A stretch of 64,000 bases of DNA, from assembly GCF_009914755.1 (NCBI RefSeq), contig NC_060931.1. One strand, given 5' to 3'. Source of the stretch: the human T2T-CHM13v2.0 reference genome, Homo sapiens. Below, in pieces: positions 16,230-32,902 of this stretch. Position 1 is the stretch's first letter; each line of letters begins with the position of its first letter. The position numbers were made by a program, and so were the translations under genes. The notes beneath the pieces were generated by a model. That model saw only the letters and a list, made by a program, of their open reading frames with translations, was not told the DNA's origin and made no database searches.

Positions 16230-17440
16230 GCACTCTTAAAGAATTAAGTACGTAGAGCCAAACATGTAAGATAACCCAAAGGAAAAATGGGAGTAGAAGA
16301 GAATGGAGATAATGTAGGAAGGAGAAGTAAACTTTAAAAATATTATAATTAATAGAAGAGAAGATACTATATGTAGAAGGAATAAAGTTTTCTAATAAAG
16401 TGATATTCAGAGGACAAAAGGACATTAAAAGGAGAGTGGACATTTTAAGATGTCTTACATTTTTGAAGATAAAGTTAGGAGAATTTCCCAATGAAGTAGA
16501 AATAGTAGATATGGAGAATAGGAGAGAAAAATTATACAGTAGAAGATAATCAATCCAGGAGGTCCAACATCCAACTAATACACAGAAACTTAGAGAACAG
16601 AGGAAAAGGAAGTGAAATTATCAAGCAAGTAATACTGAGATTGTCCTAGAGCTAGACGTGAGTGAATATTGAGATAGAAAGCCTTATTAAATGTGCAATA
16701 AAGAAGAAAGGAATTTTCACCAAGACATGTCATTTAGAAATTCTTATGCACCAGAGATAAGGAGAACTTGAAAACTTTCAGGGGAAACAACAGGCCACGT
16801 TAATGGTTGGGAAATCTGGATGGTATCGGATTTCTCCGTTTTAACAAAGAAAGGAGAAAACAGAGCAATGCCTTAAAAATTCTGAGGAAAAGTAATTTTC
16901 ATCTTAGAATTCTATACCAAAATTATCAATCATATGCATGAGTAGAATAAAGATATTTTTATACATACAGTGTCTTAAAGATATGTTTTGTCTGCTGTTT
17001 CTCAGAAAGCTACTGGAGTTGTGTACCATGAAATTCAGGGAATTAATAAATGAAGAAGGAAAATGTGGAATCCAGGAAATGGGATCCAGCAGAGAGATGT
17101 GAAGGGAATTCCCACAATGACTGTGAAGTTTAGGCTAATAGTTGGCTCAGTGCCTAGAGAGTTTATAGTCCAGATTAAAACAGTCAGAAGACTCCAGGAC
17201 AGTGTCTAAGGAAAACAAACAAGCATGAAGCTAATATATTATCTGAGGCGATACACAGGCGGGAAGGAAGTTTTATAGTCCTTTTGGAATGCCTAGGGCT
17301 GAATTAGTGAATGTACACCAAAAAGTTATTCAAAAAACAAAGACAGTTTATAACTTTATAGTTAACAAAAATTTGTGTGAGAAAGAAGAGATACTTATAT
17401 ACATGAAGTAGCTCAGGTATAAACAACTTTTATGATAATA
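16230..17440 (+). mobile_element. Ancient L1M ORF1-region fragment
   Basis: A-rich; motifs aggaggtccaacatccaactaata, ttagaattctataccaaaattatc, gaataaagatatttt. Confidence 0.6.
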
Positions 17441-17446
17441 ATAACA

Positions 17447-17539
17447 CAGTCATCCCTCAGTGTCTGTGGGGGATAGGTTCCAGATTCCCCACGGATACCA
17501 AAATCCATGGATGCTCAACTCATGTATGGCAAAGTATTT
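17447..17539 (+). mobile_element. MER2 (Tigger) 5' part
   Basis: CAGTCATCCCTCAGTGTCTGTGGGGGATAGGTTCCAG...GGATACCAAAATCCATGGATGCTCAA matches the MER2 start. Confidence 0.88.
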
Positions 17540-17773
17540 TTTTTTTCTTTTCTAAGTGCTGAGGTTTGAGAGAATTTCTCCAAGAAGCTCATAAATACAG
17601 CAGTGCCCAATCAGGTGGTCTACAGCTTCAGTAACACACCTGTGTATACCCAGGTAACTACTGGTCAGCTACAAATGGAAGTTCAGTAAAAGCAATTCCA
17701 CAAAGGACCAAATTTCTATCTAGGCCTCAGATCTGGCTATCTGGCTAGATCCTGGTTAAAACTGGATATGTGG

Positions 17774-18352
<579 letters not shown>

Positions 18353-18399
18353 AAGTGACATTCATCTTAACTTCCAAATAGCCTGGGTTAGTTTTATGC

Positions 18400-18492
18400 C
18401 TCTTTTAATGATGAAGAAACTGAGGGTCAGAGAGCCTTAAGTTTATAGGTAGAAAATGTCAGAGCCAGCCCCAAACTCAGGTCTCTGGCTTC
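18400..18492 (-). mobile_element. MIR fragment
   Basis: ttttaatgatgaagaaactgagggtcagagag...gtcagagccag...aactcaggtctctggcttcc resembles the MIR core. Confidence 0.65.
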
Positions 18493-18663
18493 CCTTCCCT
18501 AGTCATGTCTACCACCCTTCAAAAATTGAGCTTATGCTCTCAGCATCCCTGTGGTGGATAGTGGGCTGTAGGACCAAGGAAGGCTAGAAGAAGATGTTGG
18601 TCTACACACTTGAGTGGAGATGGTGAAGAGGGGACCTAGGCCCAGCAGTCAGGTACTTGCTTT

Positions 18664-18807
18664 TGTAACCACCCAATGAGTTCACCTTGCCCACTGCTTA
18701 GACAGAGCAGATTTCTCAAGACAAGGGAATTACAATAGAGAAAGAGTAATTCATGCAGAGCCGGCTGTGCAGGAGACTGGAGTTTATTACTACCCAAATC
18801 AGTCTCC
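18664..18807 (-). mobile_element. LTR8 (ERV1) 3' portion, R/U5
   Basis: Reverse complement GGAGACTGATTTGGGTAGTAATAAACTCC...GGGCAAGGTGAACTCATTGGGTGGTTACA matches the recalled LTR8 3' terminus. Confidence 0.8.
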
Positions 18808-19020
18808 TAAAATGGCATAGTATTTGCATATAACCCACACACGTCCTCCTGTCTACTTTAAACCATCTCTAGATTACTTATAATACCTAATGTGATGTAA
18901 ATGCTGTGTAAATAGTTGTTATAGTATATTGTTTAAGGAATAATGACAAGAAAAAAAGCCTGTACATGCTCAGTACAAATGCAGCCATCTGCAGAACTCA
19001 TGGATATGAAGGGCTGTCTA
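18808..19020 (+). mobile_element. MER2 (Tigger) 3' part
   Basis: TAAAATGGCATAGTATTTGCATATAACC...TCTCTAGATTACTTATAATACCTAA...GGATATGAAGGGCTGTCT continues MER2 where the 5' part stops. Confidence 0.9.
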
Positions 19021-19667
19021 CCTAATGATTTTCCCAACATGTGAGGAGGATAGTGTGTGTATGACTGCCTTAAAGGAGGGATGGAGGACAAGAATCAGAA
19101 ATGTGGAGGGGGAGGGCAGAGGATTACACTTTGTTATATAACAAACCTAAGTGTTTGGCTTTTAAACTTCTATAATTATATTCTTTTGGAAAAATATTAA
19201 TACTAGTAAAGGAAGTAGGGCTACACTTTAGATAGAGTACATTCAGAAGGGAGGGCAGTTAAAATGGAAGGAGAGGGAAGGAGGAGTATAGGTTGGGTTT
19301 GAAGTACTTTAGGGAGAGAGAGAAGAAAGGAAAAATCAGGACACTGTTGAGACACTCCACGGGTACCCCAGTGGAGGTTATGTATATACATATTAATAAA
19401 TATTAATATGCCCCAACCATTGTATTTGTTTGCAGTTACTTGCTCCCCAGTCAGCTTGTGTTCTTTTCAGTGTTGACACTTGAAGTTAGATTAGTAGCAG
19501 TCAGGGTTCTCCACCTATATGCTGTGTTTTTCTTGTTAGGTGCCTGCCATTTCTTGAAAGCCCTTTATGTTTCTAAGGACTTGTTTTTCTTTTTCATGAG
19601 AATGTTCTTGTCAGAGACCAAGCGAAGAGACAGCCAAGGGGGAAGAGAGTAAAGTGAACCATTACAT

Positions 19668-19735
19668 CTTACTGTATGTGTATGTCCTTTAGCTTCATGT
19701 TACTTAGCTTACTGTATGTCCTTTAGCTTCATGTT
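19668..19735. repeat. Imperfect short tandem duplication
   Basis: CTTACTGTATGT...CCTTTAGCTTCATGTT occurs twice. Confidence 0.85.
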
Positions 19736-20427
19736 GTCAATGTAGGAAATACTACTATATGCTGTTCATGTTGTTAGCACACAGTAAACTGATCTCTTCT
19801 TACTCTTTGAGCCTACAACCATAAAATTCCCTTCTATTTCTTATTGTCTTCAAGCATTTTTAAAAAATATACATGATTCCCTTTGTGGGTGCAACTATTA
19901 TGTTATTGCAAGAAAGACATTTCCTAGCCCTACTTACAGAAAATCTGTGCATATCACAGGTTTCCAGGCTATTGGCTTACTTGGTTTTCTTTGTTAACCT
20001 TGATGTAACATTCCAGTGGCACCTGATTTTGTCTAGAAATCATTCCCAAGTGGGTAAACATCATATATGTAACCTCACCCTTGTAAGCCTGCTTTCTTTC
20101 CCTGTATGTCATGGAAAAATTTCTGTGTTAATTGGAGGTGGTTTCTGGCCTAATTATGTTTGAAAAAAAATTGTCGAATGGAGATACATCTTAAGAAAGA
20201 GATGTTGAAATAATTGCTTGAGTAAACATAGATCACCATGACCTTGTAATAGTTTCCCTTGAAATTATTTAGTGAAAGCAAATTTAGGCAATTACTGAAA
20301 ACCAGTGATCAAGGAAGGAAATAAACAGCTTTTTTTGTTTGTTTTCTATTTCATAGGACTATACAGAGCACCCCACTTAAATGACTAATACTAAAATTTA
20401 AATTTCAATTATTTTTTAAATCTCTGG

Positions 20428-20467
20428 TATATATATATATATATACACACACACACATATATATATA
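20428..20467. repeat. (TA)n(CA)n(TA)n microsatellite
   Basis: Direct reading. Confidence 0.9.
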
Positions 20468-20809
20468 AGGTGTTTTTGCTTATGAAGTAAGACTTTTGTC
20501 AGAATTCATGTACTTGTAAAATTCTAAGTTCAGGATCATAAGAAGTGAGACTTTTTGTGATTATTTGGAGCATTTTGTCAGATTATGCTTTCAATTTCCC
20601 CATTTTAGAGTCATTATCTAATTCTACTTTATAGGTATTTAGTAACTTTGTTCTTTCAAGAGTATTATGAAGTCATTATATGTATTCTATCATATGGAAA
20701 GAGAATATTAGTGAACAATGACTTCTACTTTGAGACTTTGAACACCAAGAGAGGCAGGCCTCAGATGATCAAGGTAATGTTAATTGGCTAAAAAAATTGA
20801 GGAATATTT

Positions 20810-21076
20810 TTTGTGAGAATATCAAGGGGAAAAAGAGGAGACAGGGACATTTATTTATGATTCATATCAAACTGGAAGGTAGTTTTCAATTGTGACTATA
20901 CACTAAAGATTGTCACTTGATTCACATGTATTCAGGGCTTATAAAACTAAGTCATCATACTTAGAAATGGTTTCATGCTATCACGGTGTCTGTCAGAATT
21001 AGCAGGCAATATCTCATTATAGGAAATTTTAAGTATATTAGTGATTTTTTAAAAAATGTAAAATTTTGAGATTTTA
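20810..21076 (+). repeat. 267-bp direct duplication, copy 1
   Basis: Identical to 22203-22469 except for 6 substitutions counted by eye. Confidence 0.97.
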
Positions 21077-22079
21077 GGATTTGGAGAATAACTACCTGAG
21101 CCCATCCTCTTTGTTGTGAATTAGCAATGGGACAGAAGTATTTGTAATATAGTGAGAGAAACTAGGAAACAAGCTCACTAGGGTGATATTGAGGCCATGT
21201 AATACAGAATAATCTATTTCGGGAGTTCCTTGCAAAGGTATAATAGTACCAGATCTTTAGGAATGTTTTAGTTTTTAAATTTTACTTTTCCTAGATACAA
21301 TATCTAGTTGAAATTTTTTTTATGTGGCAGTTCTAGGAGTACTGTGGATGCGTGGGAAAAGAGGAATGTGAAAAGCTTAGCTCAACTTACCTTCCACTTT
21401 TATTTCTTTTAAATGTCACAAAATAGAGTTTACAAAAATGTTAGCTATCTGGGGTCATTTTGAATAGCTGATTATCTAGTAGTTTTAAAATTAAAAGAAA
21501 ATGTTTTATTATAAAAGAAAGAATATGCTTAGTAAAATTTAAATCTGTATTATTTAATGTTACATTATGAAATACATTAAGGTAATTATTTTAATATAAA
21601 AGCATGTTTGTTTTAGAAAATACAGAAATAAACTTTTTTTGTAGCCCCACTACCCAGTGTTAATTATTACACTATTACGATTTGAAATTGGATTTCCAGG
21701 CTATTTCCCTATGAAGACATATGCTTTTATTTTCTAAAAGATCGTATTTTATCTACCTTTTTGTAGTCTTTTGCCTACTTTATATCATATTTAAAAGAGC
21801 AGCCCATTTTATTAAATATTGTTCTGTGGTATAATTTTAATGGCTGCTTACTGTTATATTACATAAGTGAACCATAATGTCATGTTTAATTTAAATGAAC
21901 AAATTCTATTTTATTAACTAGGTTTATTATAAAAGAAATATGTATATTCATGTTAAATCCATAATATATTAACCAAACTTCTCTTTTGTTACTTACTTCT
22001 TTTTAAAGGGAAACTGTTCTTTTTATTTTCTTATTTATTATAAACTCATATTTGTATAATACACATAGCTTTTGCCTTA

Positions 22080-22836
22080 CTAAATATATAATATTATATA
22101 ATAATATATAATATAATATATATTATAAAAATTAATAATATTGTATTATATAATATATATTATATATAATAATATAAGTTATATTATTATATAATATTAT
22201 TATTTGTGAGAATATCAAGGGGAAAAAGAGGAGACAGGGACATTTATTTATGATTCATCTCAAACTGGAAGGTAGTTTTCAATTGTGACTATACACTAAA
22301 GATTGTCACTTGATTCACATGTATTCAGGACTCATAAAACTAAGTCACCATACTTAGAAATGGTTTCATGCTATTACGGTGTCTGTCAGAATTAGCAGGC
22401 AATATCTCATTATAGGAAATTTTAAGTATATTAGTGATTTTTTAAAAAATGTAAAATTTTGAAATTTTATAATATATAATATATTATAAAATATATATTA
22501 TATATTATATTACATATTATATATTATGTAATATAATATATAATATATTATATGTATATTTATTACATATAATATAATATATAATATTATATTAAATATA
22601 TATATTAAATATATATATTTATATATTATATTTATAATTATTATATATAATAATTATTATATATATAATAATTATTATATATAATATAAGTTATATAATA
22701 TAATATAATATTATATAATATACCATATATAGCATATATGTGCAATATATATTATATATTGCATATATATTATATATATTATATATTATAATATGTTATA
22801 TATAATATAATAATAATATTATTATTATTATTATTT
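22080..22836. repeat. Degenerate (TA)n/(TAA)n low-complexity tract, interrupted by the duplicated segment
   Basis: Almost pure A/T at 22080-22202 and 22470-22836. Confidence 0.95.
22203..22469 (+). repeat. 267-bp direct duplication, copy 2 (inside AT-rich tract)
   Basis: See 20810-21076; offset 1393 bp. Confidence 0.97.
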
Positions 22837-23119
22837 TGAGACAGAGTCTCACTCTCTTGCCCAGGCTGGAGTGCACTGGTGCAATCTTGGCTCACTGTGA
22901 GCTCCGCTTCCTGAGTTCAAGCGATTCTACTGCCTTATCCTCCTGAGTTTCTGGGATTATAGGCATCCACCACCACACCCAGCTAATTTTTGTATTTTTT
23001 GTAGAGACAGGGTTTCACCATGTTGGCCAGGCTGGTCTCAAACTCCTGACCGCAGGTGATCCACCTGCCTCGGTCTCTCAAAGTGGTGAGATTACAGGCA
23101 TGAGCCACTCTGCCTGGCC
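22815..23119 (-). mobile_element. AluS element with (TAA)n tail merging into the AT tract
   Basis: Antisense Alu dimer. Confidence 0.94.
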
Positions 23120-23582
23120 TACTTTTATATTTCAGGGTTTATATTATGAATTTATATTGTTTTAATTATAGCTACATGTAAAGCTACCGGAATATGTAGA
23201 ACATAGCATAAGAGTAACTTTGGATTTGACTCTGGTATAGTTGTTTTAGAACTTACTTTCTTGAAAGACTTCTTGCCAAGGGCTTGCTTTTTAATGATTT
23301 TGCCTGTCTCTTTTATAACTTAATAACACATTTGCAGCTACCTTTCTCTAAAATTAATTGATGCTTATCCCAATTGTTTTATTTTTTACCTAATTTCTAC
23401 ACAATTAGTTTCTTTTGATTTTGCACTGTTATTCAATGCAATACCTGAAAGAAATAAGTTTTTTTTTTTTTTTTTTTTTTGTCAAGGCTCACACACCAGA
23501 AGAACTAATGATAAATATTCTTTGTAATCTTCTAGAAATTTTAGATGCATATATAAATACATATATATATAAATAAATACTG

Positions 23583-23715
23583 TTTTTTTGCTTTTTTGGT
23601 AGAGACAGTCTTGCTGTGTTGCCTAGGTTGGTCTTTAACTCCTGGGCCCAAGCAATCCTCCTGCCTCAGCCTCCCAAAGTGCTGAGATTATAGTCATAAG
23701 CCATGGAACCCAGCC
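23583..23715 (-). mobile_element. FLAM/Alu monomer
   Basis: Antisense left-arm monomer. Confidence 0.85.
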
Positions 23716-23814
23716 CATAACTTCTTTAAACAAAAAATATTATACAAGCATGTTCACACTCACACACGCTATTAGGCAACATGAATTTTCATTTTAAGAT
23801 ATGTTGTAAGAATG

Positions 23815-24050
23815 ATGAATGAGGTTAGAAGCACAGTATCTTCAGCTATGCTGCTTGGAATTGAACCCCAATTCCCACGTTTACTATGTGTGACATCTTG
23901 GGAAAGTTATTTCACATCTTAATGTGTCTCAGTTTCCTCATGCTTAGCGTGGTGAACAATACAAATGTCTATCTCATAGAGTTGATGTGAGCTTTCAGTA
24001 AACTTGTGTATGAAAAGTACTTAGTTATTGGCAAAATAGAGTCATTGTAT
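23815..24050 (+). mobile_element. MIR
   Basis: tgtgtgacatcttgggaaagttatttcacatc...tctcagtttcctcat...tatctcatagagttgatgtgag. Confidence 0.7.
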
Positions 24051-24250
24051 TTAGCCGTTACCTTTTTATGTAAGAGAATATAAATTTATTCTAATATTTT
24101 TAGACTATCCCATCTTAATATTACTATAATTTATTGATCCCCCATTACAAGCCATCGTGTTATTTCCCTATTTTATATTATTGAAACAATGCTGCAAAGA
24201 CCGTCTTTATTATTAGGATTTTGTACTTGTGAAGTAAATATATAGGATGA

Positions 24251-24607
<357 letters not shown>

Positions 24608-25382
24608 CAAAGACTACATATTTGAAGTTTCCATGGGTGTTGCTAAATTGTCCTTCAGGTTTGTGAGATTGCTTTTCTCCTCCTACTCTCTCCAATACTA
24701 AGTATCACTTAATTTTTAAGTTTTAATAATATGATAGGTGATGAATGCTAATTTTTGTTTTAAGATATATTGTAAGTGGAGTTGAATATTTATTTATATT
24801 TTTGAGACATTTGTATTTTTTTCTCATGAACTACATGTCCATGTAATTGGTTCATTTTTCTATTGGTTTATCAATGTTTTTCATATTGCTTTTGAAAGAA
24901 CACTTTGTTGTAAAATAACCATTAGCTAGTTCATTTGTGCCATGAATAATTTTCTCTGTTTATTATTGACTTCTCTTCCTTTATAGTCATATAGATTGTT
25001 CCAATTTTTATGTTTTCAGATTCTTATATTTGTTATTTTGTTATTGCTTCTGAGTATTATGTCATTCTTCAAAATATCTTTGCCAACACAGGATCACATT
25101 TAAAAAGATTCACTAATCTGTTCCTAGATCCTCTTGTAATTTTATTTTTACCTTTAAATCTTAGATCTACTAAAAATGTAGGGGAGGAAAAAAAAGTCAT
25201 CTTCTGCCCTCTTAAGTTCAGAGTCTAGAACCCAGGAATCAAACTAAAGACATTACCAGGAAGAAAAACATTCACTTAATACATCTGCATGGGAGTTCAT
25301 GACGAAATGTGACTCAGGGAGGTGGTTAGAATTTGGGGCTTATATACCAACTTAACAAAAGGTGATAAAGTATGGAGAGGTA

Positions 25383-25679
25383 GGCTGGGCATGGTGGCTC
25401 ATGCCTGTAAAGTAATCCCAGCACTTTGGGAGGCTGAGGCAGGCGGATCACAATGTCAGGGGATCAAGACCATCCTGGCTAACACGGTGAAACCCCGTCT
25501 CTACTAAAAATACAAAAAAAATTAGCCTGGTGTGGTGGCGGGTGCCTGTAGTCCCAGCTACTCAGGAGGCTGAGGCAGGAGAGTGGTGTGAACCTGGGAG
25601 TCAGAGGTTGCAGTGAGCCGAGATCGCGCCACTGCACTCCAGCCTGGGCGACAGAGCGAGACTCCATCTCAAAAAAAAA
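25383..25679 (+). mobile_element. AluSc/Y-type element
   Basis: Alu dimer; TSD GTATGGAGAGGTA. Confidence 0.95.
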
Positions 25680-25917
25680 TGTATGGAGAGGTAGCTAGAC
25701 AAAGGAAAGGGGTTTGGGGCTTCTGTGGGGCAGAGCAATGGGTAACTTGTGGGAAAGTAACTAGAAAATGTATAGTAATTAAGAGTTGTTTACTAAGATT
25801 TGTTTTGCAGATTAGGGGTCGTCTTTCTGATATGGAAGAGGAGAACACCTTCACAAATGGAAAAATATGTCATCTTTACGAAAGGAAATTTATGTCCTGG
25901 TTTTGTGTTTATTTTTC

Positions 25918-26036
25918 ATACAGATCGGGTCTCACTCTGTTGCCCAGTCTAGTCTCAAACTCCTGGGCTGATGTGATCCTCCCACCTTGGCCTCCGAAAG
26001 TGCTGGGATTAGAGGTGTGAGCCACCGCACTCAGCC
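25918..26036 (-). mobile_element. FLAM/Alu monomer
   Basis: Antisense monomer; flanks tatgtcctggtttt/tatgtcctagtttt. Confidence 0.8.
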
Positions 26037-27378
26037 TATGTCCTAGTTTTAGACAGAATGTTGCAGGTCACAGAACAATTGCCTTTAGTTAAACACAGTT
26101 CTTAGTCTAAAGTGGCATATTTTGCAATGGCCTACTCTGATTCCCTTCACAGACTCACATGGTGAAAGTAATTATGTGAGGATCTAGCTTTATTTTTCTT
26201 CATAAGGTTAGCATAATTTCCTAATACCATTTATTGTATAATCCACCTTCTCTTCATTATTTTGACATATTTTGTATCTCATAAACCAAAGTTTTATATA
26301 TTTGAATTTGGATCTTTCTGGACTCTCTGTTTCATCAATCTGTCTACTCCTACACTAGTAATAACAATTATTGTATGTTTACAAAACTTTAAATTTTCTC
26401 TTATATCTAGCTGCTCTCCCCCAATACTATTTTTATTAAAAAATTTTTAGTTTGTTAGTGTGTACTTTTTCCAGGCAAACTTAAACTTTTTTGTCATATT
26501 TCAAAATAAAAATAGTATTTGTTCATTATTTTGTGAGAATCCATTGGAGTTTCTGAGTTCAGTAGGACTTAATACCTTAAATAGAACTTAATTCCTGAGG
26601 TAATCAGAAATGAGATATTTTCTTTCATTTTATTTTCTCTCATTATTGTATATATATGAAAATGGCTTTAGGTTATGTTTACTAGTTTTATAACCTGACT
26701 TCTTAGTTACACTGCTAATCTTTTCCAGTTTATTTTTTAGTTATATTCTTTACAAATTATAGTTTTATCTCTTTCTTTCCAACGTTTATGCCTTCATTCC
26801 AATGTTTATACCTTTTATTTTTTTTCTTGTCTGATTTCACAGAATGATTCCTTTCAAATAATGCCATTTTACTTTTAACCTTTTAGAATGACTTTATTCA
26901 AAATAAGCCACTTGTGTAAATATAGAGTTGGCTTTTGATTTTTAATTTAGTCTGAAATTTTCTTTCCCTCAAATATCTGACTTCAGTAAGCAATGATTGT
27001 TATGAGATAAATGTTTGCTCTTAATTATATCAACTTCTTTTTATTTTTTTGTTTCTAATAATCACTTTGTTTTCTGGTTTTCGCTTTGTGGTCTGTGTCT
27101 TTGTTACTTTCACTTAAGTAGTGATCTTCAAACAGTTAATTTATATAATCTGTGATTTTTAAAAATCAGTAGACTTTTACCGACATGTTAGTGAATATGA
27201 GGATCTTAGTTTACTTCCATTTTTTTAATCCCTTGACTTCCCCCTCATCTTTTTGACTTTTGTTATTTTACTGAGTTAAAAGATAATTTTTAAGAGAAAG
27301 GAAAAATGTATCTCTTATACAGATTTAAGAGTGAATGCACATTAAAGGATTTCTTTCCATAGTATAATATGAGGGAAC

Positions 27379-30830
<3,452 letters not shown>

Positions 30831-32293
30831 TAACTATTGTTTACAAAGAGTTGAGAAAAAGCTCAAAGACAAAGAATAAGACTAGAATCAATTAATTCAG
30901 AAGGGTATGTAGCTTCATCTATTCCTAACAAAGCTTAAAATCAAGACCTGAATGGATCAAACTTTCTGCATAATTTAACCACATCCCAGAAAAAAAAGCT
31001 TAAGGATATTTGTAGAAACACAAAAATAGCCAGCAGTAACAGGGTAAAATTCACAATATTTCACATTCATTCAGAAATTTCCAGGCATGCAAAGAGGCAG
31101 GGACTTTAAAAAGAGCATAACAAGGAGAAAAATCAATCAAAATTGACCCTGAAATGACATAAATGGAAGAATTAGTATACAAGAATATTAAAATAGTTAT
31201 TTTAACTGTGTTCCATATGTTTTGAGGTGCTAGAGAAAAACGTATTAGGAAGAGATATGGAAACTATGAAAAAGGTCCAAATCAAACTTCTAGAGATAAG
31301 CACTATAATGAAAAATGAGATGAAAAATGTACTGGATGGAATTAACTGTGCATTAGACAGTGAACAAATGAAGGTAAGTGAAATTTAAGATACAGCTATA
31401 GAAACTTTCCAAAATTAAACAGAGAGAATAAAAATGACTGGGGAGGAACTCCCTGAAAGGTGCATTAGTAAACCATGAGGTAACTTAAGTGGCCAAATAT
31501 GTAGTGACATCAGCGGGAATGGTGGGATAAGGCACTCTGGAAATGCTCCTCTTCATAAAAGCAATACTGGCAAAATGGTCAGTCACCTTTTTTCAGAATT
31601 TTGGAAATTAACCAAAGTCTTGCTACAATTATGAAGCATTTAAGGAAAATGACCATAAGCTCTGTAAGAACAGCAAATTTAGTGGGATTTTAATTTGCTC
31701 TATTACCTTTACCTTCTCCCCTGCCCCCAACAAACTTCCCAGTGCCATGATAGCCTTGAAACCAACAGCCTGAAATCACGGTGAAAACCACCACCTTGGC
31801 AGCCACTTCAGGGGGCTTATAGTATTGGATTGCCTTAGAAATCCCATTTTCATTGAATTGTCATTGTTTGACCTGTGTGGTGATTGTCTGGATAACCCCA
31901 CTCACAAAGATTATTTTTATTTGACCTGACTCAGTGCTAACACGTTGTTTTTTTGGGGCGAGGTGTGAAAGAGGGGTGTTTGTCATAAATACTTGCTTTA
32001 CGTTTCTGCTGTCTTACTAGTAGATAGCAGTTAAAACGAAAAATAGGGCTAACCAAAAAACTTAATAGGAGAAGCTGGGGAATTAGATGTTCATATGAGG
32101 TTTGAAGGAAGTTCTGACACATTCTTGGGAATTCAGAAGACTTACATGCATGTGTAGAGCTGTGAGCATGCTCGGAAAATACCTAAGAAGGCCCTCACCT
32201 TAGGCTGACCTTGAGGCTCTGTGTAAGCCAGAAGTGGAGGCTAAGGCAGAGTTGTCTGCTGCCTGGTGCACATTTAAAGTGTAGAGGGTAGAG

Positions 32294-32902
<609 letters not shown>

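Larger units (their letters stand above)
25177..26149 (-). mobile_element. ERV1 MER4-group solo LTR (MER31/MER67-like), containing an Alu and a FLAM
   Basis: TGTAGGGGAGGAAAAAAA...GGTTAGAATTTGGGGCTTATATACC...GGCATATTTTG...GATTCCCTTCA. Confidence 0.65.
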
